From Macrostomum hystrix (Eukaryota; Animalia; Platyhelminthes): DNA of 64,000 nt. The DNA lies in the NCBI GenBank assembly GCA_950097015.1, contig CATNEN010000024.1, positions 1,736,001 to 1,800,000 on the forward strand, given 5' to 3'. Made by a program: the position numbers and the translations under genes. The notes beneath the pieces are model-generated. The model was given only the letters and a program-made list of their open reading frames with translations, was not told the DNA's origin and did not search any database. The number at the start of each line of letters is the position of its first letter. Position 1 is the first letter of the stretch. Below, one piece after another: positions 37,227 to 49,486 of this stretch.

Positions 37227-40200
37227 CTAGGCCAAGCCCAGCAGTGTGTCCAACTCGTTCGCGTCCAGATTGCCATCGACCCATTCCTCCTGGTCATGGT
37301 GCAGGATTGGGGAAGGTGTGGTGCCTCTACCCCCGCCGCCGCCGCCGCCGACAGTCGCCGCCTCGCCGATGCTGCCGACCCACCAGCTGGGAGGATTCAG
37401 CGCCGTTCCGTGCAAAGTCAGGTCCAGCAGGCTGGCGGGGTTGGACATGTCCAAGGCCGGCTGAGATCCCTCCAGAAGCCCTTCGTCCGGTTCAAACAGC
37501 CAGCGCTCATCGTCTAGCCCCGGAGCAGCCGAAGCGGACGAACTGAATCCGGTGGAGCTGGCCGAAGTTACTGCAGCTGAGCAGTCCGGAGCTGCAATCA
37601 AGGAAATCATAATTTATGAGTGCGCTAAACCAGAGCCATTATGATTCGTGAATCACTGGGTCTCACCGCTGTTAGTCAAGCTCACTCCGGAAAGAGTTGG
37701 GTCGTGAGTTCGAGTCGCATTTTCTTCTAGAATTCCCGCGTTCAACCAGTCCGAGCTCTGGCGCTGCAACATTTGGTGCTGATGGTACGGCAGACGCTGC
37801 TGCTGCTGCTGCTGCTGATGCTGATAATCCGGCAGGCTCAGCTGTGATTGATAAGCGGCGTGCATTGCCAACTGGTTGCCATGGAGGTAGCCGTCATAGT
37901 TTCCATGGTTACGACGCTTGGCTGCTGCGACCTCCCGGCTGGCGCTGGCCACCCGCTGCGGAGCGGTGGCGGGTCGCTTGGCTCCCGCTGCTAGCGGCAG
38001 CGGAGCAGCGGCTGTCGACACCGCTCCGGTTGCTAAGTGGTTGCTATGCGGCAATTCCAGGTAGCTGGCGTGATCAGGATTGAGTCGCCAGTAGCCGCCC
38101 TTGTTGCCGGCCTCATCTTTACGTCGGGGAACTCGTTGGAAGCAGCGATTCAGGGTCAGGTTGTAGCGGACTGCGCTCTGCAACGGGCAGTGATGGGAGG
38201 CTTGGCTTAATTTAAGATCTAATACTTGGCACAGGGGTGAGTTCCAGAGCGGTCAACCCATTTGCCTCTCGATTCCGCGGCGAAGCCACATTTATTTGGG
38301 CGCAGCCACGGAGAGAAGGCTTGGGGACTTGTCGTGCAATTTACGCCCTTGGGGACTAACTTCCATAGTGAGAATGTACACTGCCTGACGATGAGAAAGT
38401 CAGGGCGGATGCACACACCTGTGTGCGTGTGTGCTCAGGAGTCAGCGAAATGGGCAGAATTGCCTCCTCGCTGGCTGCAGGTGTAGTGTCACCAGATGAT
38501 GTGCCATTGCCCGCAGCCTCCTGCGATTATTATTATTATTATTATTGTTATTATTATATAACACGTGACCCCAATCAGGTAAAAATCATGTCTAAGATGC
38601 ATTGGAGCATCGATCTGAATTACTGCTCATGCATTTGAGTTGGGCAACGGAACTCAGTTATTAAACTAAGTACTGTCACCTCACCCTGATAATAAAATGC
38701 AAACAATATTGAACAAGCGCATGTATCAAGTGTGGCATCTAGCAAAAATTGTTCGAATTCAGTAGCGCTAGAAAAAGCTATACCGAGTGGTGAAGGGAAC
38801 TTGACGCCAGGGGAAGTAAAAGTGCAGGAGCACTTCTACAGCCGCGCGCCGTCTTACCAGCGGCCCAAAACGACATCGTCCCATATTGGAACGCGCAGAG
38901 CCTATTGTGTCTCCTCAGGCGCCTTGAGGGTGGATGGATCGATGCTTCTTGTTCCTGCCTCCCAGCGTACAAAGGCAAGCCGCTGGGACAATGGCCCGCT
39001 GAAGGCCGGCAGGCAGGGACAGGGTATGCGGCTAGGGTATTTGGGATCTTTTTGTAGCTATGCACAATTGCCTGGGGGGAGCCAGGGCTGCTTGTTGGAG
39101 AGAATTGAGTTTCAGACTCATGACCTGTTCTCTCATCTCCCGCCTGGGGATACGTAGTACTGCCTGATCCAGAACTGACTTCTATGGACTGCTGTTGACA
39201 GGTGTTGAGGCCGGTCAGTTCTTGATTGATGCCCTGTTTGAAGTCGTTGGCCAAATAGTTTGCGTGGGTGAGGCAGTGCTCAGCCATTCGACCCTCGGTG
39301 ATGATGTTTGTGCAAGAGATGCACTTTTTAGATTCTGTGCTATAGCTTGATCTTTCAGTTTGCCTACGAAAATTGCTACACTACTTGCGTTAGCTAGCTA
39401 CTACGAGAACAGTAGACGAACCAAAGGTGAACTCCTCTTGACAACTTTTTTTTGCTTCCAACTTTTTTCTTTGCGCATTTTTTTTATAGGACTAAATTTG
39501 TGCCGCGCAGCTTCTGAAGCTAGAAACAAGAAGGAGCAGCCTCTCAAGAACGTCGAGATATTCAGCGGTTCTGACAGTAGGTCCGCTGTTTTCAATGAGT
39601 GCTTATGTACGAGTACTCAGCACACCACTGTACGCCATAAGCACTGCGCGTCAGTACAGGTTTGCCAAGGGTTCAAAATTTACCAGCTTGTTGACCACGT
39701 GTCTGCATCATCTCAGCCTTCGGTATCTACAACCGGCGCTTCTAAGCTTTCAACGGCTGGCACCAGCACACACAGGCTTTATCATTTTTTCTCGCTAATC
39801 AAGCTCTGAAAAGTTCACAAGGCCAGTTGAAAAAGCAAATTATCTAAGAAAAGTCACTTGAGGCCTGGTTGTCAAAGGCTGAATTGTGTGGCTCCAGTCC
39901 GGTGCAGCTGAAAATTTCCCTTGGTCAATCAGTCCATGGACTGAACAGCAGTACACAGGCTTTGGAAGTGCCCCGTAATTGCTGTTGCTGTGCCACTGGC
40001 TAGGTTATTTCTATCCTATCAATATCTTTAATACAAAAAAGCAGCTTCTACCTGCCAGCTCCTGTCGCTCGAGCACCGGTAGAAAGCAAACTTATCCCCG
40101 ATCCATGAGCAGATTTCCTGCAGGGTCATGCGCGACCGGGTCAGGCTGGTCAGCGCCATGAAGATCAGGGTCGAGAATGAGTAAGGCGGCTTCAGGCCCG

Positions 40201-40636
40201 GGTCGGACGCGAATTCTGGCGCAGGCGACGGCGGCACCGTCTGGGGGAGCTGAATGAGGCCGTCGGCTAAACTGGAAGTCGCGGATGATGAGGCTGGCAT
40301 GAAGAAGGCGCGATTAGCCAGGAATGCGGCATTTCTTTTCTGTTGATCCACCTGCTGCTGCTCATGCTGCTGCAATTCGCTGCCCGGGCTGTGCATAGCC
40401 ACGTACGGCATCGGTAGTTGAGGCGGCGGTAGGAGAAGTAGAGGACGCGGAGAGGCTGGCGGCGAGGCCGGTGGCGTCGGCGGCGTCAGCTTCATGAGGT
40501 CCATGTTCTGCAGCCAGCCCAGGTTGGTGAGATCAGCGTCGCCAAACGTGGGCTTCACGTCCAGCTCCGTGTCCCTTGTCGCCCAATTATGGCGCAACTT
40601 CTGCGCAAGCTGATGGCGATTCATTCCAACCTGCAT
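37227..40636 (-). CDS. foxj1: Forkhead transcription factor, FoxJ1-like, ~486 aa, 3 exons
   Basis: Exons: 40636-40052, 38177-37667, 37591-37227 (phases 0, 1). Motifs: LTNLGWLQ; KPPYSFSTLIFMA...WQ|SAVRYNLTLNRCFQRVPRRKDEAGNKGGYWRLNP with the intron after WQ; C-terminal LDLTLHGTALNPPSWW, as in FoxJ1 proteins. Confidence 0.85.
38232..38570 (+). mobile_element. tRNA-derived SINE, family 2 (foxj1 intron 1)
   Basis: Colinear with 44765-45110 (GATTCCGCGGCGA.GCCACATTTATTTGGG, GGAGTCAG.GAAATGGG.AGAATTGCCTCCTCGCTGGCTGCAGGT); (ATT)n tail; ~20-nt deletion in the head. Confidence 0.8.
39925..40000 (+). mobile_element. Degenerate SINE family 1 3' fragment
   Basis: CAGTCCATGGACTGAACAGC followed by a similar 3' block. 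Confidence 0.45.
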
Positions 40637-42730
40637 GGTTGATTAGCGGGATAATTTTGGCTGACTATTGGGCACGAGGGTATTTCTGCAGCTTAAATAT
40701 AATATAGATATATAATATATATGTAGCAGCGGCGATGGCTCTTTGTGCAAATATAATTGTTATTGAAGGACGTACAGAAGCCAAACTTTATGGAGCAAAA
40801 GTATGATAGAAATGTAGTCTAAATACCAAAATATAAATTTTCACTTTAAGTTTATACAAAGTTATCTATATAAGAAGCAAAAAGAGCATATAATCTTGCG
40901 CGTATATTGCTTGTCAGATCCGCTTAAATTGTCTGATTAATATATATGTGATAAAAGACAGTTAACAAACATGATTTGATATTCCATAATTTAGAGAAAG
41001 GAAATACATTTCTTATTTTCAACGTGCAAACTAATAAGGCACTTGATAAAGCTTGTATAAGATTAAAATATTTCAACTCGAGCAAGCTAAATGCCATAAA
41101 TAGTGCTGCTAATTTTATTTTCTATTTGCTTGAAAAAATGTCTCAGGACTCAGGATGAACTTATCATCGGTGCATTAATTTTAACTATACATACGAGAGT
41201 TGCAAAGATGATTTTATGTATGAATGCATATGAAATAGCATTTACGTAAATAGTTTTTGGTAGTTCGATAAAAAACTATTTAACATAATAAACTATTTTT
41301 TATAATAAATAAAAAATTCTAAATTAGTGTTTCTTTGTTCGCGACGATCGACCAAAAAACGATGCAAAAATAAAGATCACTGAATCGAATGTACATATCC
41401 TAGGTATCACCTAGTATCGTATAAGCTACTTCACAGTCTCTATAAAATCTAGAATTCCCGAAGAAAAGATGAAAACTGAAGCGGGTTAATTTTATTTTGC
41501 GCTGTCAAATCGTAAAAAATGCGTCAGATTTAAGAAATCTAAAATTCAAAATCCATTTTAAAAAGTTTTGACACAGAGTCTCTAGTGTAAACTTGGTTCT
41601 GAGAAACTCTTTCTTAAGAATAATTAGTTTGCACTTCATTCTGCTTTTCAAAAAACAAGAATTTTTTTCTGCACCGTATTTAATGCGCATTTACAATTCA
41701 ACAATAAAGTTTTGTTAGCAGTTTAAAATTCCGGGTTGAAGCTCTCACCTATCTGAACACGTTATCCTGTTGCCAACGTTATCCAATGCCACTCTAGTAT
41801 AATTGTTATACCACGGCCAAGGGCCAGTCCATGGTCTTTAGGCTTTCTAGTGCATGAATATCCTTTTCATAGGCTGTTTTGCTTGAAACGAAACATATAA
41901 TTTGTCAGATAGGAATATCGATACACGCGGCCATGACCACCATAAATCACGACATTATTAAATTACCAGTTCATTTTCTTTCCTAAAAGACTATTAATTC
42001 TAAATAGACTTACTACTTAGTGTGATTCTTACAGAAATGTTTCATGTTCAGTTCCATGTTAAAATAAAAATTTATACGGATTACTTTAGTTTCTTGGTCT
42101 AAAAATAAAGATTAGTAGACAATGCTAATTATTACGTACAAATTATTTATTCAATTGAATCATTTGTTCAGTCTTGCTCCTATCAATGCAGCTGTCTGGA
42201 ACAAATAATTTTCATGCAGGGGCTTAGGGCAGAAATGGATCTTAATCCACATGTTAGTGTACTGCATCTAGTGATTTATGTAATTTGTTCAGAATGAATT
42301 CAGTAGAATTCACGTAATAATTAAAAATTTCAAATCACACAATAAGCATTAACTTTAAACTGTACATACTGAAGAATTTTTTTAATTCCAGTAATTTTGA
42401 TTTTCAAAATCAAAAGGAGACCCGGACCATTCGACCAGAATCGATCGAATGCTTTTTTAAACAACTGTCTCTCTCTTTGTCATGTTTGTTGTTCTTATTT
42501 TCGCATTTTAATTATAACAAAAAACTTTCATTAGGCGCGCAATAATTTGCAAGCTTTATTTTCGAAATCTTTTTAAAACTATTTCGTACAGTTCAAGACA
42601 CTTTCTATCCACAGCTCCGACTATGGCAGTGAGAGAGATCGGCCGAGCGTGACAGACAGATGAATTGCTGGAGACGGAGCAATGAGAGAGGTTGAAAAAA
42701 ACCACTATCGCGGCTGGCACGCGCCGCAAC

Positions 42731-45682
42731 CTAGTCGGGATTGTAGTCCGGGTACAGGGTCCGGACGTGCAGCGAGTCCGGTGGAGACTCGGACTCCAAC
42801 AGGCGCCAGTTCACGTCTTCGAAGTAGGGATAGCGAATGACGTCGCGGACTAACGGCCTACTGGCCGGATCTTGTCGCAGCAGGGCTTTCAGCAGCTTGG
42901 TCAGTGCCTCGTCTTGGTAGCCCGGATTGCAAGCGTCGCACAATTGAAAACACCATTCTGGTTTCGCCGAGTTGAGAAATTTATTCCACATGTGCGAGTT
43001 GGATGCGATGTAGATCTCGGCGATAAAGAAGCCAAACAGCCAGGCGTCCACTCTGCAAGTTGATGCGAGTTAGCATTGCAACGCTACACTTCAATTTCTA
43101 CTGTTAATAACTAAATCTGATCTGATGTTGAATTTAGTTATGTCAGTTTGCATTTCGGCAATTATATTCGCAAAAATTACTTGTAGTCGTTGACCTTTCC
43201 GCACAGAACCAAACACTCCGGTGGATAATACTGCATTGTGGTCACCCGCCGGTTAGGCACATAGTCTTCCATGTGAGATTTGCACTCCACAGCGAGTCCG
43301 AAGTCTGCCAACTGAGGAACACCCCGATGATCAATGAGCACATTATCCGCTTTGATGTCCTTGTGGCAGATATTGATTCTGTGCAGTCGAAATACCGCGT
43401 CAATGATGCACGAGGTGTAGTACTTAATGAAGCGGGGTGGCAGCATGCCGACGTCACGCTTGATCACCTGCAAATCAAAAACATAAATTTAATTCATTGC
43501 TGTGTGAAATTTAGCGAGTGCAGCTACAAAGACTTCTTAAATAAATATGAAGTAAAGCTCTGATTAAGTGAAAATCTGTCTTCAAATTTCAGTCAGGCTA
43601 CGATCAGTCACGTGCAGCTTAGGTTTGAGAGGGATTCCCCAAAAACCAATCTAAAAATAGGAACAGCTCAACCTTCGATTTGGTCAATTAAAGTTAATAA
43701 ATTAAAGGGGATATTAGAGTCCACCTCCGACAAGGAAAGAAAATATTAAAATATTTATATTTAAGAAGGGGTGACAGGCGGGTAACGCGTTAAGTTTCCC
43801 ATTCTTGCTGTACAATTATCGTCCACGAGGGCCGACATCCAAGACATACAGTGATAGTGTACAGTGTCTATCAACCAATGTCAGGCAGATGTAGGCAACC
43901 TGTGTGTGTGCCTTAATACTTAACCATGTGCATATGTGCGGTAAAATGACTCAAAGGTCAAGGAACGAATACCCAAAACTAGCTGCGTCTCTGACTGACT
44001 GTCTCTAAAATATGCGTCTGCCCACTGTTTAATATTTTATTGATGATTCTGAAAAAATCTGTGATTGATAGGTTTAGGCCGAATTTCGACCGATAAAAAA
44101 CTAGCAGAATTTTTTATGAATAAGCGAATAATTCACCTTAAGCGAAGAGTGCTTAGCCTTGTACATAACGGAGATAAAGAACTTGTCCGTCATGTAGTAG
44201 ACAAGCAGGTGCGATATGAATCTGGACTCGCGCTGTGCAACGACCTGCAGATCAGCCTTCAATTGGTATCGCTCCATCCGAGCCTTGCAGGAGCTGTGCA
44301 TGCACACCTTCATGGCCAGGCTGGACGAATGCTGGCGACGTCGAACGAACAGAACAAAGCCCTGGCCTGCAGAACCAGGTGGCGGAGGAGTTGCTACATG
44401 TGTATTTACTACTAATAAGTTTTTTATGGCATGCAAATACTACTTTGATTTGTTCGTCTACATTGCTTTGATGAGGCCTGTTCGCGGGCAGCTATATCAG
44501 ATAGATAGATGAACGGTCAGTGTCACACCCGCAGCTATTGCCCATGCAGCGCTTCTAAAGGCTTGTACCATTTTTTAGCTGGGTGAATTGAAGCATTAGG
44601 GACAGACATTGTTAGATTCTGAGCCCTCGGTCAGAAGTCCAGAGGGTTTCTTCATTTTAAAACTACTAAAAAACTGATCGAACGAAGCAGAAATGTAATC
44701 AGTGCTTTTCTCCAGGTAAGTGCATCAGAATTCCCTGACAGCAGGCGTATAATGTTCCAGAAAAGTGTTTTTTTATAATAATAATTAAAGGAGGGCTGTG
44801 GGAAATCGCACATTATTTGATGACACTATAGACCTGCAGCCAGCGAGGAGGCAATTCTACCCATTTCACTGACTCCTGTACTCAGATACCGTACGCTCAC
44901 ACAGGTGTGTACATCTGCCCTGAATTTCGCAGCGTTAGGCAGCGTACATCACTGTGCGTTGGAGGTTGGCCCTCAGGGGCGTAAACTGCACGACAAGCCC
45001 CCTTCCGCTCCGCGGCTGCGCCCCAAATAAATGTGGCCTCGCCGCGGAATCGAGCTTAGGGACATCGGCGCGAGAGGCAAACGCGTCAACCGCTCAGCCA
45101 CCGAACCTCGAATAATGCGTCTATTCGTCTATAGTCAATAGTGGGTTTGGCGACGGGGATTAGTGCCTCCAGATTCTTCATTCAGTATTAATTCAGTACC
45201 TTCATGACTCAATCCAGCTCACCTCCGACAAATATCCTTCGATCTTTCCGCTGGAGAACATACTCAGGCATTTGCCACTTCTTTGCCCCGTCCGCGTACT
45301 TGACTGCGTCGGACACCACCTCGGAGAACAGGTCGTTAATATCAAGTGTGCTAACAACCTTCATAAACTCCTTTTTTTCCATGTTGGCCCAGTCGATCTT
45401 GAGGTTGTGATTATTGGCGTCGCCATTGTGAATCGCCCTCTGGACGGCAGTGGTCTTTTCTAATTCGTCGGAGACGGCCGCATTGTGCGAGAAGCTGAAA
45501 CAGATGCCGAAGTCGGAGCTGCCCTTGCAGGCGAATTCCAATGCGGGGTCGGCTGACACTTCCCTTTGCAGGACTAGGGCGCTGGTGCTAACGCAGTCCT
45601 CAGTTTCCTGCTGGGTGTTGTCAGCGACAGAAGCAGTGAGCTCGTTAACACAGATCAGCTCATCATGTGGGCCGCGACGCAT
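42731..45682 (-). CDS. Divergent Ser/Thr protein kinase (AGC-like), ~430 aa, 4 exons; start uncertain
   Basis: Exons: 45682-45223, 44366-44137, 43467-43181, 43052-42731 (phases 1, 0, 2). Motifs: GGQGFV, LAMKV, HKDIKADNVL, LADFGLA, YYPPE, VDAWLFG, LLRQDPASRP, YPYFEDVNWRLL. The frame stays open upstream of the ATG, so a further exon is possible. Confidence 0.85.
44765..45110 (-). mobile_element. tRNA-derived SINE, family 2 (kinase intron 1)
   Basis: A-box-like GTGGCTGAGCGG and B-box-like GCTCGATTCC; body homologous to 38232-38570; ATT/A tail. Confidence 0.8.
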
Positions 45683-46560
45683 TATACTTTTAATCGCGGA
45701 TGCGCCCTCGCTCGATCCAGAATCAAGATCGTGGCTAGGCGTTAATTTTTAGATCTTTCGATGTTTGAGCTACGGGTCTGACTGCATGCTCAGCTGGCTA
45801 AATAAGTAGCTGCCAAACCTTTACATCTACTGCGCCTAGAACCAACTCGGGTCAATAGTTGCAAAAACCTGCGCAAGTACTTGCATTAAGTTAAGTGGCC
45901 AATTCAGGCGGAAGCTAAATTGCGACGAATTTCTACCATAGACGATTTAGAAGACAGTAGTTGTGCGCTTTCATGTGGCTTTGGCTATTCGTTTTAATTT
46001 TACACTTTACAAGAAGAAAAACAAAAATTTTTAAGTATGCTGTTTCCTTCTACAGATGAAAAATAACTCACTAGGGCAGTTATAACGATCTTGACATAAA
46101 AACGTTTGTTAAAGTAGTCTTTTCTTGATTGATCGGGACAAAAAGCCTTTGACTATACTATCAGTAACATATTCAGGAATTTGAATGCACGTGCATGTTA
46201 CTTATCGCAAAAGTGTTCCTAAATTTTTGTTTATGGCCTGATGAGATGGAATTTTATAAAAACTAAAAAACGGACAAATTATATAGTTTTTTTAATTGTT
46301 CAAAATAATTTTTTTAAATAATTAATTTAAGCATTAGCCATTGTTTCACTTTTTAGTATATCTTGTATTGTCGTATTCTATTCTCATAGTAAAAGTATGC
46401 CGATATGTAGCGAAATAAATGTAACCGAGAAAGGAACCCTATCCAGCCTTTTTGCTGTCTGGAACAAAAAATTCTACACTTCTACACATTCTCACTTCTT
46501 TCATTAAAAAGGAACGGTGAAAAAATGAAGAATTGTTGATATATTGAAAAGCAAAAGAGG

Positions 46561-46633
46561 AGCCTCTAGGGAGGATCGAACTCCCGACCCCTGGTTTACT
46601 AGACCAGTGCTCTAGCCACTGAGCTATAGAGGC
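46561..46633 (-). tRNA. tRNA-Thr(AGT): tRNA-Thr (anticodon AGT)
   Basis: GCCTCTATAGCTCAGTGGCTAGAGCACTGGTCTAGTAAACCAGGGGTCGGGAGTTCGATCCTCCCTAGAGGCT: 7-bp acceptor stem, CTGGT/ACCAG anticodon stem, intact A and B boxes, and downstream TTTT runs. Confidence 0.95.
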
Positions 46634-47304
46634 GCTGGTGAACGTGGCAATAAACGAACGTACTTATACATCTTACGTTGCTGTTCTTTAAATAAGCAAA
46701 ATTTTCGAGGAAACAAGTCTCCCTAAAGCAGAACTTTGTGGTTTATTGGACAATTCGATCGGTTTTCGGATCAAAGTTAATAATTGAGTATTAATTTTGG
46801 GCCTAGTCCTAAAGCCTATCTATAAACATAGTAACCTAGCTACATCACTAGTATCACTAGCTAATGCAACCTAGCTAAATGCTAACAGCTCTGCTCTTGT
46901 GGATGTTTAGAAGCCAACTAGCAATTTTAAAAAGCTGGGTAAGTTTTTAATTTAGTAAATAATATTGAGTATTTTATTTGGTTAATAAAAATAGCTAGCT
47001 AGATACAATTAGAATAAAAACTTTCCTTTTAACAGGTCAATTTCATTGTGAGATCATCACAGACATAAAAAAGTGATCCTAGGCCTAGCCAACTAGAGCT
47101 TTCAGTATCTGCTGTCAATTTGTGGGTTAATGAGTTAACTAAAAACCTTTTTGTGAAAGCACTTCTCAGTTGCATTTTCTATGCCATACTTGCCTTAAGT
47201 GTACCTGTCTGTAATGAGTCTGTCTTAACTGACACTTCCAGTGACCACAGTGTGTCTAGATGTCCAAGTCAAATAAAATGATAGCAAATAGACCTAGCAT
47301 CTGG

Positions 47305-47830
47305 GATCTATCTGTCAAATGACTGATGGAATCTTTCAGATGACTGATGGGATCTGTCAGATGACTGATGGGATCTGTCAGATGACTGATGGAATCTTTC
47401 AGATGACTGATGGGATCTGTCAGATGACTGATGGGATCTGTCAGATGACTGATGGGATCTGTCAGATGACTGATGGGATCTGTCAGATGACTGATGGAAT
47501 CTTTCAGATGACTGATGGGATCTGTCAGATGACTGATGGGATCTGTCAGATGACTGATGGGATCTGTCAGATGACTGATGGGATCTGTCAGATGACTGAT
47601 GGAATCTTTCAGATGACTGATGGGATCTGTCAGATGACTGATGGGATCTGTCAGATGACTGATGGGATCTGTCAGATGACTGATGGGATCTGTCAGATGA
47701 CTGATGGGATCTGTCAGATGACTGATGGGATCTGTCAGATGACTGATGGGATCTGTCAGATGACTGATGGGATCTGTCAGATGACTGATGGGATCTGTCA
47801 GATGACTGATGGAATCTGTCAGAGACAAAT
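47305..47830. repeat. 21-bp minisatellite
   Basis: ATCTGTCAGATGACTGATGGG. Confidence 0.97.
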
Positions 47831-48229
47831 AATAGGATCTGTCAGATGAATTATGGGATCTGTCGGAGACAACTGATAGGATCTGTCAGATGGATTATGG
47901 GATCTGTCAGAGAGTAGCCTAACCAACGAGATCTAAAGTTTGATCCCTCAGAATCCTTCCCTATGGGGATTTGAGGAAGCAAGCCAATCATGGTATTGAT
48001 GAGGTCATGAGGTGCTGACTGATGGAATCTGTCAGAGACAAATAATAGGATCTGTCAGATGAATTATGGGATCTGTCGGAGACAACTGATAGGATCTGTC
48101 AGATGGATTATGGGATCTGTCAGAGAGTAGCCTAACCAACGAGATCTAAAGTTTGATCCCTCAGAATCCTTCCCTATGGGGATTTGAGGAAGCAAGCCAA
48201 TCATGGTATTGATGAGGTCATGAGGTGCT
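47804..48229. repeat. 213-bp direct tandem duplication
   Basis: 47804-48016 repeated at 48017-48229, apparently identical. Confidence 0.9.
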
Positions 48230-48463
48230 TACATAAAACCAAATGCTAATTGACTTATCGTTTTAGCTGGCTTTCACACCCGGACATTCAAAGGCACAGG
48301 CGGCTGATATTCTTTTCTACATTCTTCTGCCTATTTGGAATCCGTAAGCCAGGTTTATGTTAATTATTTGAAGTTTTAGGCTTATCTAAATTAGTCAATT
48401 GACACATTCAGAGACAGCCGTTTCTCTCTGACCGCCCATTGAGTAGTGCTCATCTCTGCAGGC

Positions 48464-48842
48464 CTAATCCACATCATTCCTAGACAGGAAGCGCTGTTCA
48501 GCATCGTTTTCATACTTGGCGGCCTTGTAATCTTCATTCCAGGAAGTAAGCAGCTTGATTAATGCCGTTTTACGAGTAGTTGTGGATTCTGAAAATAAAT
48601 GTCGCGATCCTACTTTGGGATTTAGAAAAGTTTAGGATACTACGTGGGTATTTCGAAGGCCCACAAGTTTCTTTTTTCTGTATCCCCAAAAATATTGAAC
48701 CAATTGCCCTGAATTTTTGACGAAACAACTTCCAGAATCTGAAAACATCGACATCGTCGAGATATTCAATGATTCTCGTCCGGGTGTCCGGTGGCAAAAA
48801 CCACCAATAAAGACAAGTTTTCTGCTCACAAAATCTCATCAT
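48464..48842 (-). CDS. Candidate small F-box protein (88-107 aa, 2 exons)
   Basis: FLPPDTRTRIIEYLDDVDVFRFWKLFRQKFRAI fits the F-box pattern LP.E/D....I..YL...D. A strong acceptor TTTATTTTCAG lies at 48589. Exon 2 (48588-48464) is open only in phase 1, compatible with weak donors at 48700 or 48643. Confidence 0.45.
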
Positions 48843-48960
48843 GTAGCCATGCCGGCTATTATTGCAGATTATGTCGTATTGATTATATTGTTAATTATTA
48901 CATTATATTTAATATTTGAAATGGGCCCGTTGTCTTTCCCCAGGAGAAAAATGATATTTT

Positions 48961-49470
48961 CGAGGGTCACTCAGAAAGTCTTTAGCCTGGGTATGATCCA
49001 CGCGTCGCTATGGTTTGAAATTGTCTATGGTGAAGATCAACTTAAAAAAGCCTCACAGCTAAATTTTCAAATAAAAGTAGCCAACTTTGAGTCCACTGCA
49101 GCAGGCTAAAGTCAGTTCACCCCTTTCGTGAATCAATTTCATCAGGAAGCTAGAAAATCGTGACTTCATGGCTATGATGAACTTACATTTCAAACAAGGC
49201 AAGTCGCCGGCTGAGTCATTCTAAAATTTTTAAGATGTTTTTAGTCATCCGTGTCCCTCATATGTACCGTTAAAGAGTTGGCATATGAGTTCAGAGAGGT
49301 CATCGGGGAGCTCCGAGATGAGGATTGGCGGCAGTGCTTCGGCAGTTGGTTCCACAGGATGCAAGCCTGTATCAGTGCTGGGGGAGAGTACTTTGAGCAG
49401 TTGTAATAGTTTTTTAGTTGTTACGTAACTGTTTTCTCGTTAGGACCGAGGACTTTCTGAGTGACCATTG
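48961..49470 (+). mobile_element. Internally deleted mariner (Tc1/mariner) element
   Basis: TIRs CGAGGGTCACTCAGAAAGTC (48961-48980) and GACTTTCTGAGTGACCATTG (49451-49470) share a 16-bp perfect core, with TA on the right. Transposase remnants: N-terminal AMMNLHFKQGKSPAES and C-terminal WRQCFGSWFHRMQACISAGGEYFEQL*. Confidence 0.85.
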
Positions 49471-49486
49471 TATTAGTAATTTTTTT

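Noticed and set aside
47256-47849. HLTDPIS and MTDGICQ repeat ORFs
   Set aside because: A 21-bp array open on both strands.
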